DNA of 64,000 nt from Octopus bimaculoides (GCF_001194135.2 NC_068989.1:3702255-3766254); one strand, 5' to 3'. Numbered from the stretch's first letter, positions 10,613 to 24,200 are shown. Numbers and translations are program-made. The notes: a model not told the origin generated them from the sequence alone.

Positions 10613-13011
10613 ATTAGAGCAAGGAGAAAAGGAGTAAACATTTTTAGCGATAAAATTTATCGTCTGCATAAATATAAAGGTATCCCTTAATGTAATATCG
10701 TCTGCTGCTTGGATAGGAGAATTGCCCGTGGCAATATAGTTATAAGTTCGGGGTGGGAAGAGACAGATTTATTGATGTAGGAGAACGTTTATTCAGCAAG
10801 CGAAATGTTACAGCTTTAACTGAGCATTGGTTAAATATCTTATATCATTGTTATAATATCGGAAAGGCAAGAGAAGTTAAATTAGGAATTAATTGGAAAT
10901 ATTCATCCTTATATTTGAAGTACAGGTTGGATTATACCACAAAATATTTCAACTTTGATATAGGTATGCGTAATTCATGTGAAAAGCTGTCAATGAATAC
11001 TGCCTCATAATATTCATGAGAACTCCTAATGACGTGGATTCATTAAAGAAGAATGTAGAGATATTCATAACAATACTAAGAATCAAATCTAGAAGCGGGT
11101 ATTGAACGGGTGACTGGAATTTTATTAATATAAAGTCGTTTTCATTGTCGATGAGGGCAACACTCAGTGTTGCCCTTGTCTATAAAAGATTGTTATGAAT
11201 TGTAAGTTCTGACATATATCACTGGCAATTTTATGAGATATCTTGTAAGTGTAATGATGGCCATTTCGTTGCATGCCTGTGGGACGTATGGTTCATTAAT
11301 AGTCAGGTAAATTATTCTTAATTCCTTTGAGTTATTGGAATGAAAGATGTGTGACTGAATTGTAATTTATTTTGAACCATCTCCCCAAATAAATAAAGTG
11401 ATTGGTGTTGGGTGTCCAGTCACACACGTTTATACACCAGCACACATCCACACAAGAGCAGACTATTCAAAAATATAAAGACACTGACCATAAGAAGATA
11501 AATGTTTAACCACGAATACCTCATCGCAAAATCCATACACTTACATAAAGCGACGCACGTTAAACACACACGCCAGCACACACATGTGAGCACATGTACT
11601 TCCTCACACATACACACACACATACACACACACACACATACACACACACACACATACACTGTCCCTTCCATTTGTATAAATATATAAACATAGAATCTGT
11701 AAACTAGGAAATAAAATAGACAAATCTGGAATAGAGAGGACATGTCATTAATGAAGTCACGAATGTGGAGGAAAGGGCTTTGGCAGACCTTACGTATTCG
11801 TTGTTTGACCGAATGATTAACCAAAGAAGCAATTAGGTAACAGGTTAAATGTAAGCAAATTGATTAACGATAATAGAAGTGAAATCGAACCAGTCTTTGT
11901 GTGTATTATTGGTATTATGACCTTCCCGAGATACAACAAAATGACGGACACTTATAATGTGCGAGAAATTAAGAGGCTTTCGTTCTTCCCCAAGTTTTCT
12001 TATAAGACGGAACATTTTCCTTATGCAAGCGGTCTAAAATAAAATTTCGCACCATTTATCCCTTCGAATGCTTCCATGAAAACATGAAAAAACGTCTCTT
12101 TGTTCTTCTTTTAACCCACGATGAATTCTCAAAAACAAACGAATTCTTCTTGCGTGCATAATTATTTTAATATGAGATTCACTAATGCGCAGGATGGTTT
12201 TGGCGAACACTAACGCCTTGGCAAGAGGTTTAGTCAATGGATGTATAAAAATCAATAATATCGAACTGGAAGAATTTACAATGTTCTTCGACACCAACTC
12301 CACTGTAACATACCATTACACTACCATACCATTACACTACCATACCATTACAGACACAGAAGTGTTCGATAAGGGAAGCGTTTTAACATATTTTATTTTT
12401 AACTATAATAAAATCTAGATCATGCTTTCCTAACTAATTCATTTTTTGTTTGGTTGATTAATTTATATTTTGGGATAACAGAAAAATTACGCATGTGATA
12501 TTTAAGGGTGATAAGTGGACGGCGAGATGCTAAATATCCTACTCTGTCATGTATAGTAATGGTCGTGGTGATATCTTTATCGTTTATATTAATAGACCTG
12601 TTTGTGTTAGCGTCAGCTCCACAAATTCAAGAGTAGCGACTGTGACTCTATAATATGTGATCACATTTATGTATGCGGCGAATTTGGACATGCTATAATA
12701 TCTATCCTGTCTAATATGCTAATGTGCAATTGTATGTGTTAGTTAGAAACGCAGACGAGGTCGATTGATTTCAACTTGGGAGCGATAATTCTTCCGCACT
12801 TGTTTCCGGTGCTGTAGTAAAGTTCGTCCTAGCAAGACCGAAAAATAATGAATTTCGATTTTTTAACTGTGGGGGCGCGTGGATTTGCAGTTAAGGTGTT
12901 GCACTCATGATCGTAAGACTGTTGTTTCGAGAACTGGATATGTTGTGTTCTTGAGCAAAATACTTCTTTTCACGTGAAGTACATTCAAACGGCAAAATTG
13001 AGTAATCCTCA

Positions 13012-13222
13012 GGCGGTGAGCTGGCAGAATCGTTAGCATGGCGGACGAAATGCTTAGCGGTATTACGTCTACCGTTACGTTCTGAGTTCAAATTCCGCAG
13101 AGGTCGACTTTGCATTTCATTCTTTCGGAGTCGATAAATTAAATACTAGTTGCGTACTGGGTTCGATCTAATCGACTGTCCATCTCCCCCAGAATTTCGG
13201 GCCTTGTGTCTAGAGTGAAAAA
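13012..13222 (+). mobile_element. SINE-A, full length, well preserved
   Basis: GGCGGTGAGCTGGCAGAATCGTTAG...GTTCTGAGTTCAAATTCCGCAGAGGTCGACTTTGCATTTCATTCTTTCGGAGTCGATAAA...TTTCGGGCCTTGTGTCTAGAG. Confidence 0.9.
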
Positions 13223-13899
13223 AAGAAAAAATAGAATAATCCTTCCCCAGACCGGCGGCGTCCCATCTAGGTGTTGAACACACACACACACAGACACAGA
13301 CACACACACACACACACACAGACACAGACACAGACACAGACACATCAGATATCTATCTATCTATCTATCTATATGCGTTTAAGAGGGTGGGTATGTAACC
13401 TGGCATTCGAACCTTGGTTTCATACATTTACATAATGTCGTGATGCATTATCGCTTATCCATCTCTCGTGAGTACTCACAAATCTCTTCATATCTTCATC
13501 AAATCTAATTTTTAGCGTAGTCACAACTAGATTCATAGCAGATTTAATAAGCATGCGCACGCTGTTATACTTATGAAATTGCATTGCAAAAACGATATTC
13601 TAAATTTACTCAGGGCTCATGCTTGGTGAATTAGATAGAAAAGCTTCTGATTGGTATGGTTGCCATAATGATCAAAGATAGCTTCTAGATGACCCGAGGA
13701 CATCATCCCATCAGTTTATCTGTATTCACTGCTGCGGTGCGTGTTTAAGAATAGTTTATATTGCAATTTTGAGAAAAAAATTATCAATGTTATTTTAGGT
13801 TCTGTGATCGAACGATAAGATAACGTCTTGAATTGACTGGAGATGGAAACCGAATGTTTTTCCACGGTATTTATGCTTCGACATTATCAGACAACCAAC

Positions 13900-14066
13900 A
13901 GCAGCATCAACATCACCACTCGTAGCAGCATCTACACGAGCAGAGGCAGCAGTGGAACACCACCACCACCAACACCACCACCACCACCACCATCACCACC
14001 ACCACCACCAATCTCGACTAGCATCACTGACAAGTCCAACCACAAAATGCTACTATCACCAAGACC

Positions 14067-14097
<31 letters not shown>

Positions 14098-14140
14098 ACA
14101 CTACCACCATCATCACCACCACTACAACAACTGCCACCTC
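13900..14140. repeat. Compound (CAC/CAT/CAG)n trinucleotide array
   Basis: Direct reading; source of the poly-P, poly-H and poly-G ORFs. Confidence 0.9.
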
Positions 14141-14353
14141 TAAAACACACATACACAGACACGCACATACACACACATGGATATATACAAATATATACAC
14201 ACAAACTCACATATATACATGCACCTGTGTGCACACATATATGAGCACACACACACACATACATACACATATATATACATGTGTGTGTGTATACATATGC
14301 ATATATATACATATATATACATGTACATCTATTTATCTATCTACACACACACG

Positions 14354-14429
<76 letters not shown>

Positions 14430-15311
14430 GATTTATATGTGTGTTTTGTAGCATTCAGGATTGTGAAGTCAAAATTTGAAATAGCTATTCTTGAACGCTA
14501 CTATTCAAAACATAGGTCCCGATTGTATTTCACTTAAATTCTAATGAATTATTATATATCAATTTAGGAATTATTTATTGACTGAATGAATAAATTTATG
14601 AATTGTCTTCTAAATGTACTTTTGACATAACCCCTGACCTCATCGATTATGATACGCTTAGGTTACGTCCCTTTATGATTTTAAACCTCCCAGAGACTAG
14701 TGATTCAGTGTTTCCCATCCTCCAATGCAAACCTATACTCTTTATTCACGTACTTCCAGAGACATGTAAATTACTCTTCCACTCTTAAAAGGTTCTTTAA
14801 TAAGAAATCGTTCGATAACATGAATCGGCTGTTATGAGAGTAAATTTATTCAGTACAGACCTTCGGGAACGCTAGCTGGGGTTGAGTCAACCGATTGATG
14901 AGTCTGATATTGAAAGCCTCAAAATTACCTAAGACTCCTCCAGAAACATGACTAATGATAGACCCCTTATAAGTACCAGTTATGCACTTTGGTCGATGTA
15001 ATCGACTTTTCACCTCTCCCAAAATTTCAGTCTTATTAGACTGCCTATCTAATAAGGGTACACCATGCACATGCATCACAGCCATATGTGCACGGCATAG
15101 TGATTTAATATCAAGATAAACAGCGCATGACCTCGCAGGTGGAGCCAGTAAGAATTTTCCTCAGGTCGTGTAACCTGTCCCGCTCAAAAGGCTCCCGAAT
15201 AAGGGTTGTTTGAGGTTGTTGCACGAAACACCCATGTTTCCTGATCGGTCTTTGATTTTCACGAAAGTATTTGCTGACCTTCTTCACAAACGACTGTCTT
15301 TTCAGTGTAGA

Positions 15312-15722
15312 TCTTTTATCTTTTGCTTGTTTCTGTCATTAGACTGCGGCTATGCTGGGGCACCACCTTGAAGAATTCTTTAGTCGAACGAATCGGCCCC
15401 AGTACTTAGTTTTTTAAGAGCCTGATAGTTATTGTCAGTCTCGTTTTGACGAACTGCTGAGTTTTGAGGACGTAAACACACCGACACCAGTTGTCAAGCT
15501 ATGGTGGAGGGACAAACACTGACACACACATACACACACACAGATATATACATTCATGTATACAACAGGCTTCTTTCAGTTTCCGTTCTACCAAAGCCAC
15601 TCACAAGACATTAGTCGGCCCGAAACTACAACAGAAAACATTAATCGAAGCTGCCACTCAGTGAGAATGAACCTGGAACCGTGTGGTCGAAAAGCAAACT
15701 TCGTAGCACACAGCCACACCTG
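15312..15722 (-). mobile_element. SINE-B, full length
   Basis: From the TCTTTTATCTTTTGCTTGTTTC tail through the (CA)n linker to the GCACACAGCCACACCTG head. Confidence 0.85.
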
Positions 15723-16246
15723 GGTTTGTAAGTTTTACAGATTAGCCAAACACCTGCAAAAGATAGTGCATCCCTAAAAACCGTTACCATTTGTGGGTAA
15801 TATCATTCATTACGTGTTTGTCTTTTTCCTCAACCTTTGACCCTCTTCCTCCATCGCCGACTGTCCAGATATGTATTTCTACAGCTACACACTTTGCCAC
15901 TTTTACTTGAAATGATATTATTTTGCACTGAATATTATTAATTGAATTTTTTTTCTCGCCAAAACAATATTCATGCGTGAATAAGTAATATGTATAGATA
16001 TTAGATATATATTTTAATTTTCATTTGAATTTCCAAGTAAATATAAGCTACGCTGCTGATAACATCAGCAGTCGAAACCTACGCGTGCATATGAATAAAA
16101 CATTAAATAGATTAATTTTGTCATTATTTGTGTTCTTTGCCATTTTTACCATATGTTATAAAGAATGCTAGCTTTAAATCTTAAGAAAAAAGTATTGTTT
16201 TACCACATAATGAGGTGACATACACATGTATGTATACATGCTTTCA

Positions 16247-16280
<34 letters not shown>

Positions 16281-16466
16281 TTGTCCATGATAAACAGAAG
16301 GCAGTAGAACTTGCTCACCGAGAACAATGGGTGTAGCGGGACCAGACGCTCGACCACCGCCTGACCGGGAGGAAACTCTGAGGTACCAGGGAAAATTTTA
16401 CTTTCTTCAATCTGCTACCACTGACCTCTGGCGGAGAATAACTAATTACTAACTCGCTTCAACTAC

Positions 16467-16650
16467 CCACGGTATTTCGTCTGTCTTTACGTTCGGAGTT
16501 CAAATTCCACCGGGGTCGACTTTGCCTTTCATCCTTTCGGTGTTGATAAATTAAGTACCAGTTGCATACTGAGCCGATCTAATCGACTGGCGCCCCGCCA
16601 CTAAAATGAAAAAAAAAAAATCGGGCCTTGTGCTTAGAGTAGAAAAGAAT
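16467..16650 (+). mobile_element. SINE-A, head-truncated
   Basis: CGGTATTTCGTCTGTCTTTACGTTCGGAGTTCAAATTCC...GGGCCTTGTGCTTAGAGTAGAAAAGAAT. Confidence 0.85.
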
Positions 16651-17136
16651 TTTTTATCTTTAGTGACCTCTGTTCTAAAAGAATGTTTGTTTTTAACGAC
16701 TGAGTGTGGCTTCGAACGGTTTCCGTTAACGTACAGATTGATTGGTCGACGTCCATGCGTTAATGACATCTGATACCAACACAAAGAGCTAACGTAAACT
16801 CTTTCCTCCATTGAATATGTCATATGACAGTTAGAAAAGAGAGATATGAATGGGCGAGATCGGTTTTATTGTTTTGTTGTTTTATGTCGAGAGTAATAAA
16901 GACTGAAAATTGACTTTAATTAAAAAAAATAATTGTTTACAGAAAATTTATATTGAGAGTTATTTGTTTATTTTGTCGAAGAAAATATCTAATTAAGTAA
17001 TTGTTCTTTTTAAATGTTAGATATTAAAAATGATATAATTTAATATAGTATAATGTAATAAATTTAATGTAGTATAATATGATAAATATAAAGTAATAAA
17101 ATATAAATGTAATATAATATAATGTTAATAATAATA

Positions 17137-17347
17137 TTGATTTCAAATTTTGGCACAAGGCCAGCAATTTTGGGGGAGGCGTATGTCGATTAAATCGACC
17201 CCAGGGTTCAACTGGTGCTTATTTTATTGATCCCGAAAAGGATGAAAAACTAAGTTTACCTCGGAAGAATTTGAACTTAGAACGTAAGGACTGAGGGAAT
17301 GCCGCTAAACATTTTGCCCGACGTGCCAACCACTTCTAGCGCGCCGC
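17137..17347 (-). mobile_element. SINE-A (first of a tandem pair)
   Basis: TTTGGCACAAGGCC...TCGACCCCAGG...AATTTGAACTTAGAACG; flanked by AAT-rich repeats. Confidence 0.85.
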
Positions 17348-17360
17348 TTTAATATTAATA

Positions 17361-17574
17361 ATCCTTTCTAATATAGGTACAAGGACTGAAATTTTTAGGG
17401 AGAGGGTTAAGCCGATTACATCGACCCCAGTGTTTCACTGGTACTTAATTTATCGACACCGAAAGGATGAAAGGCAAAGTCGACATCGGCGGAATTTGAA
17501 CTCAGAATGTAGCGACAAGTGAAATACCGCAAGCATTTCGTCCAGCGTGCTAACGATTCTGCCAGCTCGCTACC
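17361..17574 (-). mobile_element. SINE-A (second of a tandem pair)
   Basis: GAAAGGATGAAAGGCAAAGTCGAC...GAATTTGAACTCAGAA...CGTGCTAACGATTCTGCCAGCTCG. Confidence 0.9.
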
Positions 17575-18585
17575 TTTCTTTAATATTAATAATAATAATA
17601 ATATTATCAATTAGTTCCAGTTCACTCTCGTTGAACTTGTTGAAAAACATATCCTAAATTTCTTTTCTTCCTACTTTATGAATGTTCTGGCAATATCACA
17701 AATCAAACAAGAATAAGTATGGAAAATTCGTTTATGGGGACGTAAAGAAACTTACACCAGTTGTAAAGCGGAGGTGTGGGACAAACACAAAGGCACCTCC
17801 ACCCACCACACATGCAACGGCTTGCATCAACCAAATTTACTCACATGACATTAATCAGAGTCCTGTGGTTAGAGGAAACATTTGCAAGAATACACATCGA
17901 ATGTAGGGTTTAAATGCATTTTGAATCCCTAGATTTGAAGTATATGCTTGCTAAAATAAATAGGGGAGATAATCATGTTCTGTAACAGCTGGGCAAGGGC
18001 TAACACTCTTTTGTCTTATTATGTAGATGGCGTCTTTAACATGTTTATGCTCTAAGTAACTTCGTATTAGCAGCTTCACAACCCCGCTCACATTCTTTTA
18101 AACCATTTATTTCTTATCTAGTGTTCACATAACTTCTTCACTTCAACCTCATGTTATGTTTTTTTTATGAATCTAGAATAATATTTAAATATTTTAAATT
18201 GCTTTCATCCAGAGACAGTTATTAGAGAAAATTGATAATAGATTATTATTTTTTCACACCTCCCGTCCACGAATAAATAATTAGATTTTATCAGACCACG
18301 ATGCTTCTTATTTATTCCTTTGTCATTCTTTCCAGATAAATAAGTCTATCAATAAAACCGACAGACAGTCATTTCAGGAAGACAAACATCTACCCAGCTA
18401 CAAAAATGAAAGTTTGCATAATATACATTTACACACACACACGCGGGCGCAGCGAGCACACGCATACATGTATGGGTTTGTGTGTGAAAGAGAGAGTGTG
18501 TGTGACTGTATACGTATACCTTTCCGTATATAAACATATGTATAATAGATACAAACCTACATACATATAGGGCGTCTGTGTGTGT

Positions 18586-18638
<53 letters not shown>

Positions 18639-19153
18639 TGTGTGTGTGTGCGTGTGTGCGTGGGGTTATGTTAGTGTTAAGTGTGTGTCTGTAGGTATGT
18701 GTGTGTAAAATGATAACGGAAATATATATCGTGTAAATATACTACTCGTTTCCTATAAAACATCTTAACAGAGTTCAATAGACGTGAAATAAATTCATAT
18801 TTAAAGCAATAATATAATGAAATATAATGATTGCTAAAATCTATGGACACAAAGAAATGTAATCATTTCTTAATATTAATGTAAATATATAAATATGTAT
18901 ATTAAGTGTATCTTCTTAAACAATCTCGTGTTTCTGGCTCACGTAGCAGAGAAATAAAAAGAGGTAGAGTATCTTCATCCGCGGATACCGAAAATGGAAC
19001 TCCAGCCAAATATCACTGCTTAGATATAAACTCAGTGAAATATGGCGATTAACAATGGAAAGTAATAAAAGGATCCCGAAAAGAATTCTATCATGGTTTG
19101 TTTATGTATAAAACCTGTTGTTCATTGGCTGGTTGTAAATATTATGTAAGCAA

Positions 19154-19370
19154 AGCGGCGGGCTGGCAGAATCATTAACATTTCGGACAAAATGCTTTGT
19201 GGCATTTCGTCCGTGTTTACGTTCAGAGTTCAAATTCGACTGAGGTGGTCTTTAACCTTTCGTCCTTTCGAGGCCGATAGAGTAAGTACCAGTTGAGTCC
19301 TGAGGTCGTTGTCACTGACTAGCTCCCACCCAATAGAATTGTTGGCCTTGTGTTAAAATTCGAGAGCAAT
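19154..19370 (+). mobile_element. SINE-A
   Basis: GCGGCGGGCTGGCAGAATC...GTTCAGAGTTCAAATTCG...GTCCTTTCGAGGCCGATA...GGCCTTGTG. Confidence 0.85.
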
Positions 19371-21659
19371 ATTATCTCCGTAAGTAGTGTCCTTGTGAAA
19401 ACTTTCGTGCTGTCACTTTTAATTGGCCAATTCATCGATTGTTTTTTGCATTAATCGACTTTGTTATGATATCCAATTTCAATGGATTATTAAATTTGCT
19501 GTTACTTGACTGAACATTGATTGCGTCTCACGTCTCAACATTCTCGCACCTTCTTTGAATATTTTATCCAATGTCTCAAAATTGTGATCCTTCCATTTCT
19601 TTGATAATTTCATTAGTCGCATTCTATTTTCTGGTCGATCTAAATTTTAGCTCATTCTGCCGAGAGTTGTTGTTGCTATACGTCAACAGATATTTACACT
19701 GTTTCTTTTTCTGACTAGGTTTTTAAAATAAATTTATTTTGTTGTCTGCATTTTATGCCAGACCAAGTTTTATCCGTTGAGCAAGTGACAATGCAATAAC
19801 AATAGAACAACATACTCATCTTCAACAGATGCAAAAACATAAGTTGTATACACCCTCCCAATTCTACACTAGTTTTCTGTTCAGTAGTACTAAAACTCCT
19901 TCCAATAAAAATGTTGTGCTTTTCTAAAATATTTACCTCCATTAACAACTGTTCAGAAAGCTCCTGGTATTATACGATGATTCGTTTTGAACAAAGAAAG
20001 CGGAAAGAGATATAACGTTAATAACAAAAGAATGAAACATAGTAGAGAGAAACGGGCTTAATTACTAACTGGATAAACGTGTCATGTTGCAATATTAGGG
20101 AGATGATAATGAAGTTTTGAAAATGCCGACTCTAACAGAACAATTTATATCGACCAGGAATCGATCTGGAAAAAATTCAAAACTGAATGACAATTTACAG
20201 ATAAGAGATACAATAACCAAAACAGCGAAAAAACTAAACAATATTTGTGACCCCAGACAGAGTCTGCCACACAGTCAATAGACACGGCAACATAATTGAA
20301 AAAACGAATAAGAATTTAGTGAAACCGGATATGGTAGCGAAAGTGATCAAGACTGAAATTTTCTATTAAAATAACAATTCAGTGAAACCGGATAGAATAA
20401 CGAAATCAATCAAAACCGGGGAAAAAAAAAATGAATTGGGAAATGTGAAAAGACAACAATGACAAAAATGCTGGATTTCTAAAATACTTTCCCAACGATA
20501 TTTGTATTTTGCAACAATGCGAACGCATACATATACACACACACATATATATATATACTTGCATGAATATATCAGTCGGGCTTCTTTACAGTTTCCATCT
20601 ATTATGTTTCACTTATAAAGCATTTGTCAACTTCGAGGCTTCAACATGGTTGAGAACACTAAACCTTGCCGTCACAATGTGAAGCGAATATTTTCACCAC
20701 ATATCCATGGCTTCACCTGTATTATATATTTGCGCATCACCTAACAGTTTGTCGTCGTACAATATAACTTGGTAAATCAAGTTGCCGTCGTCATTTAACC
20801 CGCGTCATATAAGAACTCTGACGAAAAGCGTTCAAAGCATCGCCATTCAGTCTGATTTTAAGTACACTGTGCATCAAATTGCATCAGCTTTCAGGTCGTA
20901 GGACGTGATATAAAGAAAATTTGGCTGCATGTGGCATCAGGTGTACAATAATGTCGGAACTACATTAACAGAATGTATTTTATTCAATCATCTTAATGTT
21001 GCTCCCTCGTCTTGTAATTTACTTATGAGGAAGAGGGATTTGGGCACATCACTGCAATTTGCCAAAATAGTCGTTTATTTCACAGACCTGCTCCGGCTCA
21101 TTACTGTGATCGAGGTAGGAGAAACTGAGTAAAGTGTTTAGAACTAATGGCAAACGAATAACTCTAAGGAAAATGAAAAGAGAGGAGGTGGATGTCTTTG
21201 TAGAAGAACAGAAAGTGTTGGAGAGTAGCAGTGGAAGACATAAAATGAGAAAACAGTGTATAGTGAGATTAATGGCTGTATTGTGTTGGAAAAGCGAAAG
21301 TTTACTTCGTCTTATAAACAACTTTTAATGGCAGCTGCAAAGATTTCTGTTTAGGAGGCTATGTATAAACGTTCCTAAATATCACGTGTGTGATATCAGT
21401 AAAGCTTCTTATAATATATCGGAGAAATGTATGAACGTCACAGTTTCTCTTTTGTTTTATCCTTCTATAAATCTGTGGTCTTCTTTCTCAGATACAAATC
21501 AATAAGTTAACTATATTTATGAAATGCACAGCTGCTTGCAGTGCTGTGTAAAAATGGCTGCTACACAATTATTCTACTTATAAATCTTGTTGTCAAATAA
21601 TATGTTCACAGTTTTACAGTCAATAGCAGCTGATAACGCTATGAACGGCTCTGCACAGT

Positions 21660-21691
<32 letters not shown>

Positions 21692-23431
21692 ATACATATA
21701 CATATACATATGCATATATATATATATATATACATACATATATATATACATATGCACATATATATATATATATATACATAGGTACATATATATATACATA
21801 TATACATATATATATGTATATATATATATANNNNNNNNNNNNNNNNNNNNNNNNNNNNNNNNNNNNNNNNNNNNNNNNNNNNNNNNNNNNNNNNNNNNNN
21901 NNNNNNNNNNNNNNNNNNNNNNNNNNNNNNNNNNNNNNNNNNNNNNNNNNNNNNNNNNNNNNNNNNNNNNNNNNNNNNNNNNNNNNNNNNNNNNNNNNNN
22001 NNNNNNNNNNNNNNNNNNNNNNNNNNNNNNNNNNNNNNNNNNNNNNNNNNNNNNNNNNNNNNNNNNNNNNNNNNNNNNNNNNNNNNNNNNNNNNNNNNNN
22101 NNNNNNNNNNNNNNNNNNNNNNNNNNNNNNNNNNNNNNNNNNNNNNNNNNNNNNNNNNNNNNNNNNNNNNNNNNNNNNNNNNNNNNNNNNNNNNNNNNNN
22201 NNNNNNNNATATATATATATGTATTTATGTAGATATAACTTAGACATAAGTACATATGTATATATAATCATACATGTAGACATAGTTATATATGTATGCA
22301 TGTGTGCCATAAATATCGCCATCCGTTAGACAAAAAATTTGTAGTTTGGAATCAGTAGTTCTTTGACTGCTATTTCTAAAATTTCAGTATGTTGGAGAAG
22401 CAACTCTTGCTAATCCCTGTATATTTATGATTATATATAAATGTATACATAAATTCACACACCGATACGTACATATGGTGTGTACATACTTAAACACGCT
22501 CATATAAATACTATCACAACCATACCCACGCACACATACACACATACACACATACACACGTATATATGATAATAGTATTCTATCTGCAAATCTTGTCGAC
22601 GTGTTAAAGTATTCTACCGACCTCGATTACTGTCAACATGTTGTCTCTATATAATGGCTACAACATACGAAGCTGTTTAAACTCGGAAACACCTTCTCAA
22701 CAAAATAATGTAGGAAGGAAGCATAAATTGATTCATAGCAAAAAATAAGGGAAGACAAGAAAAAAAAAAAATAAGATTGAAAAGACAAATCTATAGAAAG
22801 AAATGTATTGGAGTTATTTATTTTCAGAACGCAACTTCATCACACACCAATCTTGACGTATACCAATTTCAGCTACGTTGGTTCCTGCAATTTTCAATTT
22901 CTCAATATTGCTAATATCTTCAAGGTGACCTGACTTTCTTGGCTTAGGGCTAATAAATATATCAGTACTTAGGTGGCGTTCTAGATCACCCTCTAGATTA
23001 AAACTTAAAGCCAAATCGCTTGATCGATAAACTATACTGATGGTAACACTTTATCGGCTTGCATTTCGGAAGTTCACTTTCGCTGTAGGCAATTCCTTCT
23101 GCCTCGTTGCCCTGTATTTTGCACGATCAAATATTTCAGTATGTCAAATCATAAGATGTCTATAACATTTATATGAGAACGTGGAATAGAGGAACGGGTA
23201 TCGGAAACATATCAAGGGGGCGGCTGCTTCATAAACTGCCGTCGGCATTTGCTTTCTGACCAGAACACTAACTTTAAATTTCTTTTTAGAAACTTCGAGA
23301 GATAAAAAATGAATCATTTTAACTGCGGAACGCGAAGCAGATAAAGCTATAGAGATAACGTGTAGAATAACTTATTCCTATTCAAGGTATTTCGAAACCT
23401 AATAATCCGATAGTAACTACAGTATTTTCAA

Positions 23432-23673
23432 AGCGGCGAGCTAGCAGAAATGATAGAGTGGAATTTCAGTCCATGACATAAAGAACCGGACAAAATGCTT
23501 AGTGGCATCTCTTCCGGCTCTTTGCGTTATGAATTCAAATTTCGCCGAGGTTGACGTAGCAGGTTATAGTCTCGTGGTTCATAAAACAAGTACCAGTTCA
23601 ATACTAGAATCGATATAATCGATTTACATCCTTCTCCAACATTGCTGGCCTCGTGCCAAAATTAGAAAGAATT
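23432..23673 (+). mobile_element. SINE-A with a small insertion in the head
   Basis: GCGGCGAGCTAGCAGAA...CCGGACAAAATGCTTAG...GAATTCAAATTTCGCCGAGGTTGAC...GGCCTCGTGCC. Confidence 0.8.
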
Positions 23674-23973
23674 GTTTATAGTTTTGTCTACTTTCAGTTA
23701 GACTACCAAAACGATATACCGCTAAACTTTGAAATAATTCAGTTGTAACGAAGCGGTGCAGTCTTGGAATATCTAACAGCTGGACATATAGTCAGCGATG
23801 CAAAATTAATCGGTAGTTCGTTGGCTCGCCGTTCCATCAATCTCTTTTATTCAGCTGCTAGATTAGAGAGACATATATGTACAAGAATCAATTGTTAAAT
23901 GGTGGGAATGGGAGAAAAACAGCAACACAAACGCATTTCCGGGTTCAGTTCCACTGCTTGGCAATTTGGGTAA

Positions 23974-24195
23974 GTGTCTTCTACTATAGACTTAGGCCGA
24001 TCAAAGCCTTGTGAATGGGCTTGATAGATGGTAACTGAAACAAGCCTGTCGTATATACATACGTATACACGCGCGCGCGTGTGTGAGTGCGCACGCGCGC
24101 GTATACGTATGTATATACGACAGGCTTGTTTCAGTTACCATCTATCAAGCCCATTCACAAGGCTTTGATCGGCCTAAGTCTATAGTAGAAGACAC
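23974..24195. repeat. Perfect long inverted repeat (95-bp arms, 32-nt spacer) made from a SINE-B left monomer
   Basis: 23974-24068 is the exact reverse complement of 24101-24195 (compared base by base); the spacer is (CG)/(TG)-rich and itself quasi-palindromic. Confidence 0.95.
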
Positions 24196-24200
24196 ACGCA

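Noticed and set aside
10700-11400. Minus-strand FIYLGRWF and IYADDK strings suggesting reverse transcriptase
   Set aside because: The motifs are in the wrong order and separated by many stops; cannot be supported without an alignment.
12309-12351. 16-bp unit repeated 2.7 times (CATACCATTACACTAC)
   Set aside because: Ordinary slippage repeat with no spacers; not CRISPR-like.
16050-16100. CTGCTGAT-AAC-ATCAGCAG hairpin followed by TCGAAAC and AATAAA
   Set aside because: Resembles a PLE tail, but core G8 and the NUH site are missing; too decayed to call a ribozyme.
20760-20900. Possible mariner HTH remnant (LPSSFNPRHIRTL)
   Set aside because: Only a faint resemblance to GRPS.F; no other transposase motifs or TIR.
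21620-22329. ORFs over 200 aa containing X runs (also 2768-3573, 36602-37437, 47863-48713, 52727-53210, 54053-54498, 57901-58620)
   Set aside because: Artefacts of N gaps plus (TA)n/(CA)n.
22814-23014. 66-aa minus ORF of ordinary composition
   Set aside because: No recognised motif, no convincing splice signals, and the length is within chance expectation.
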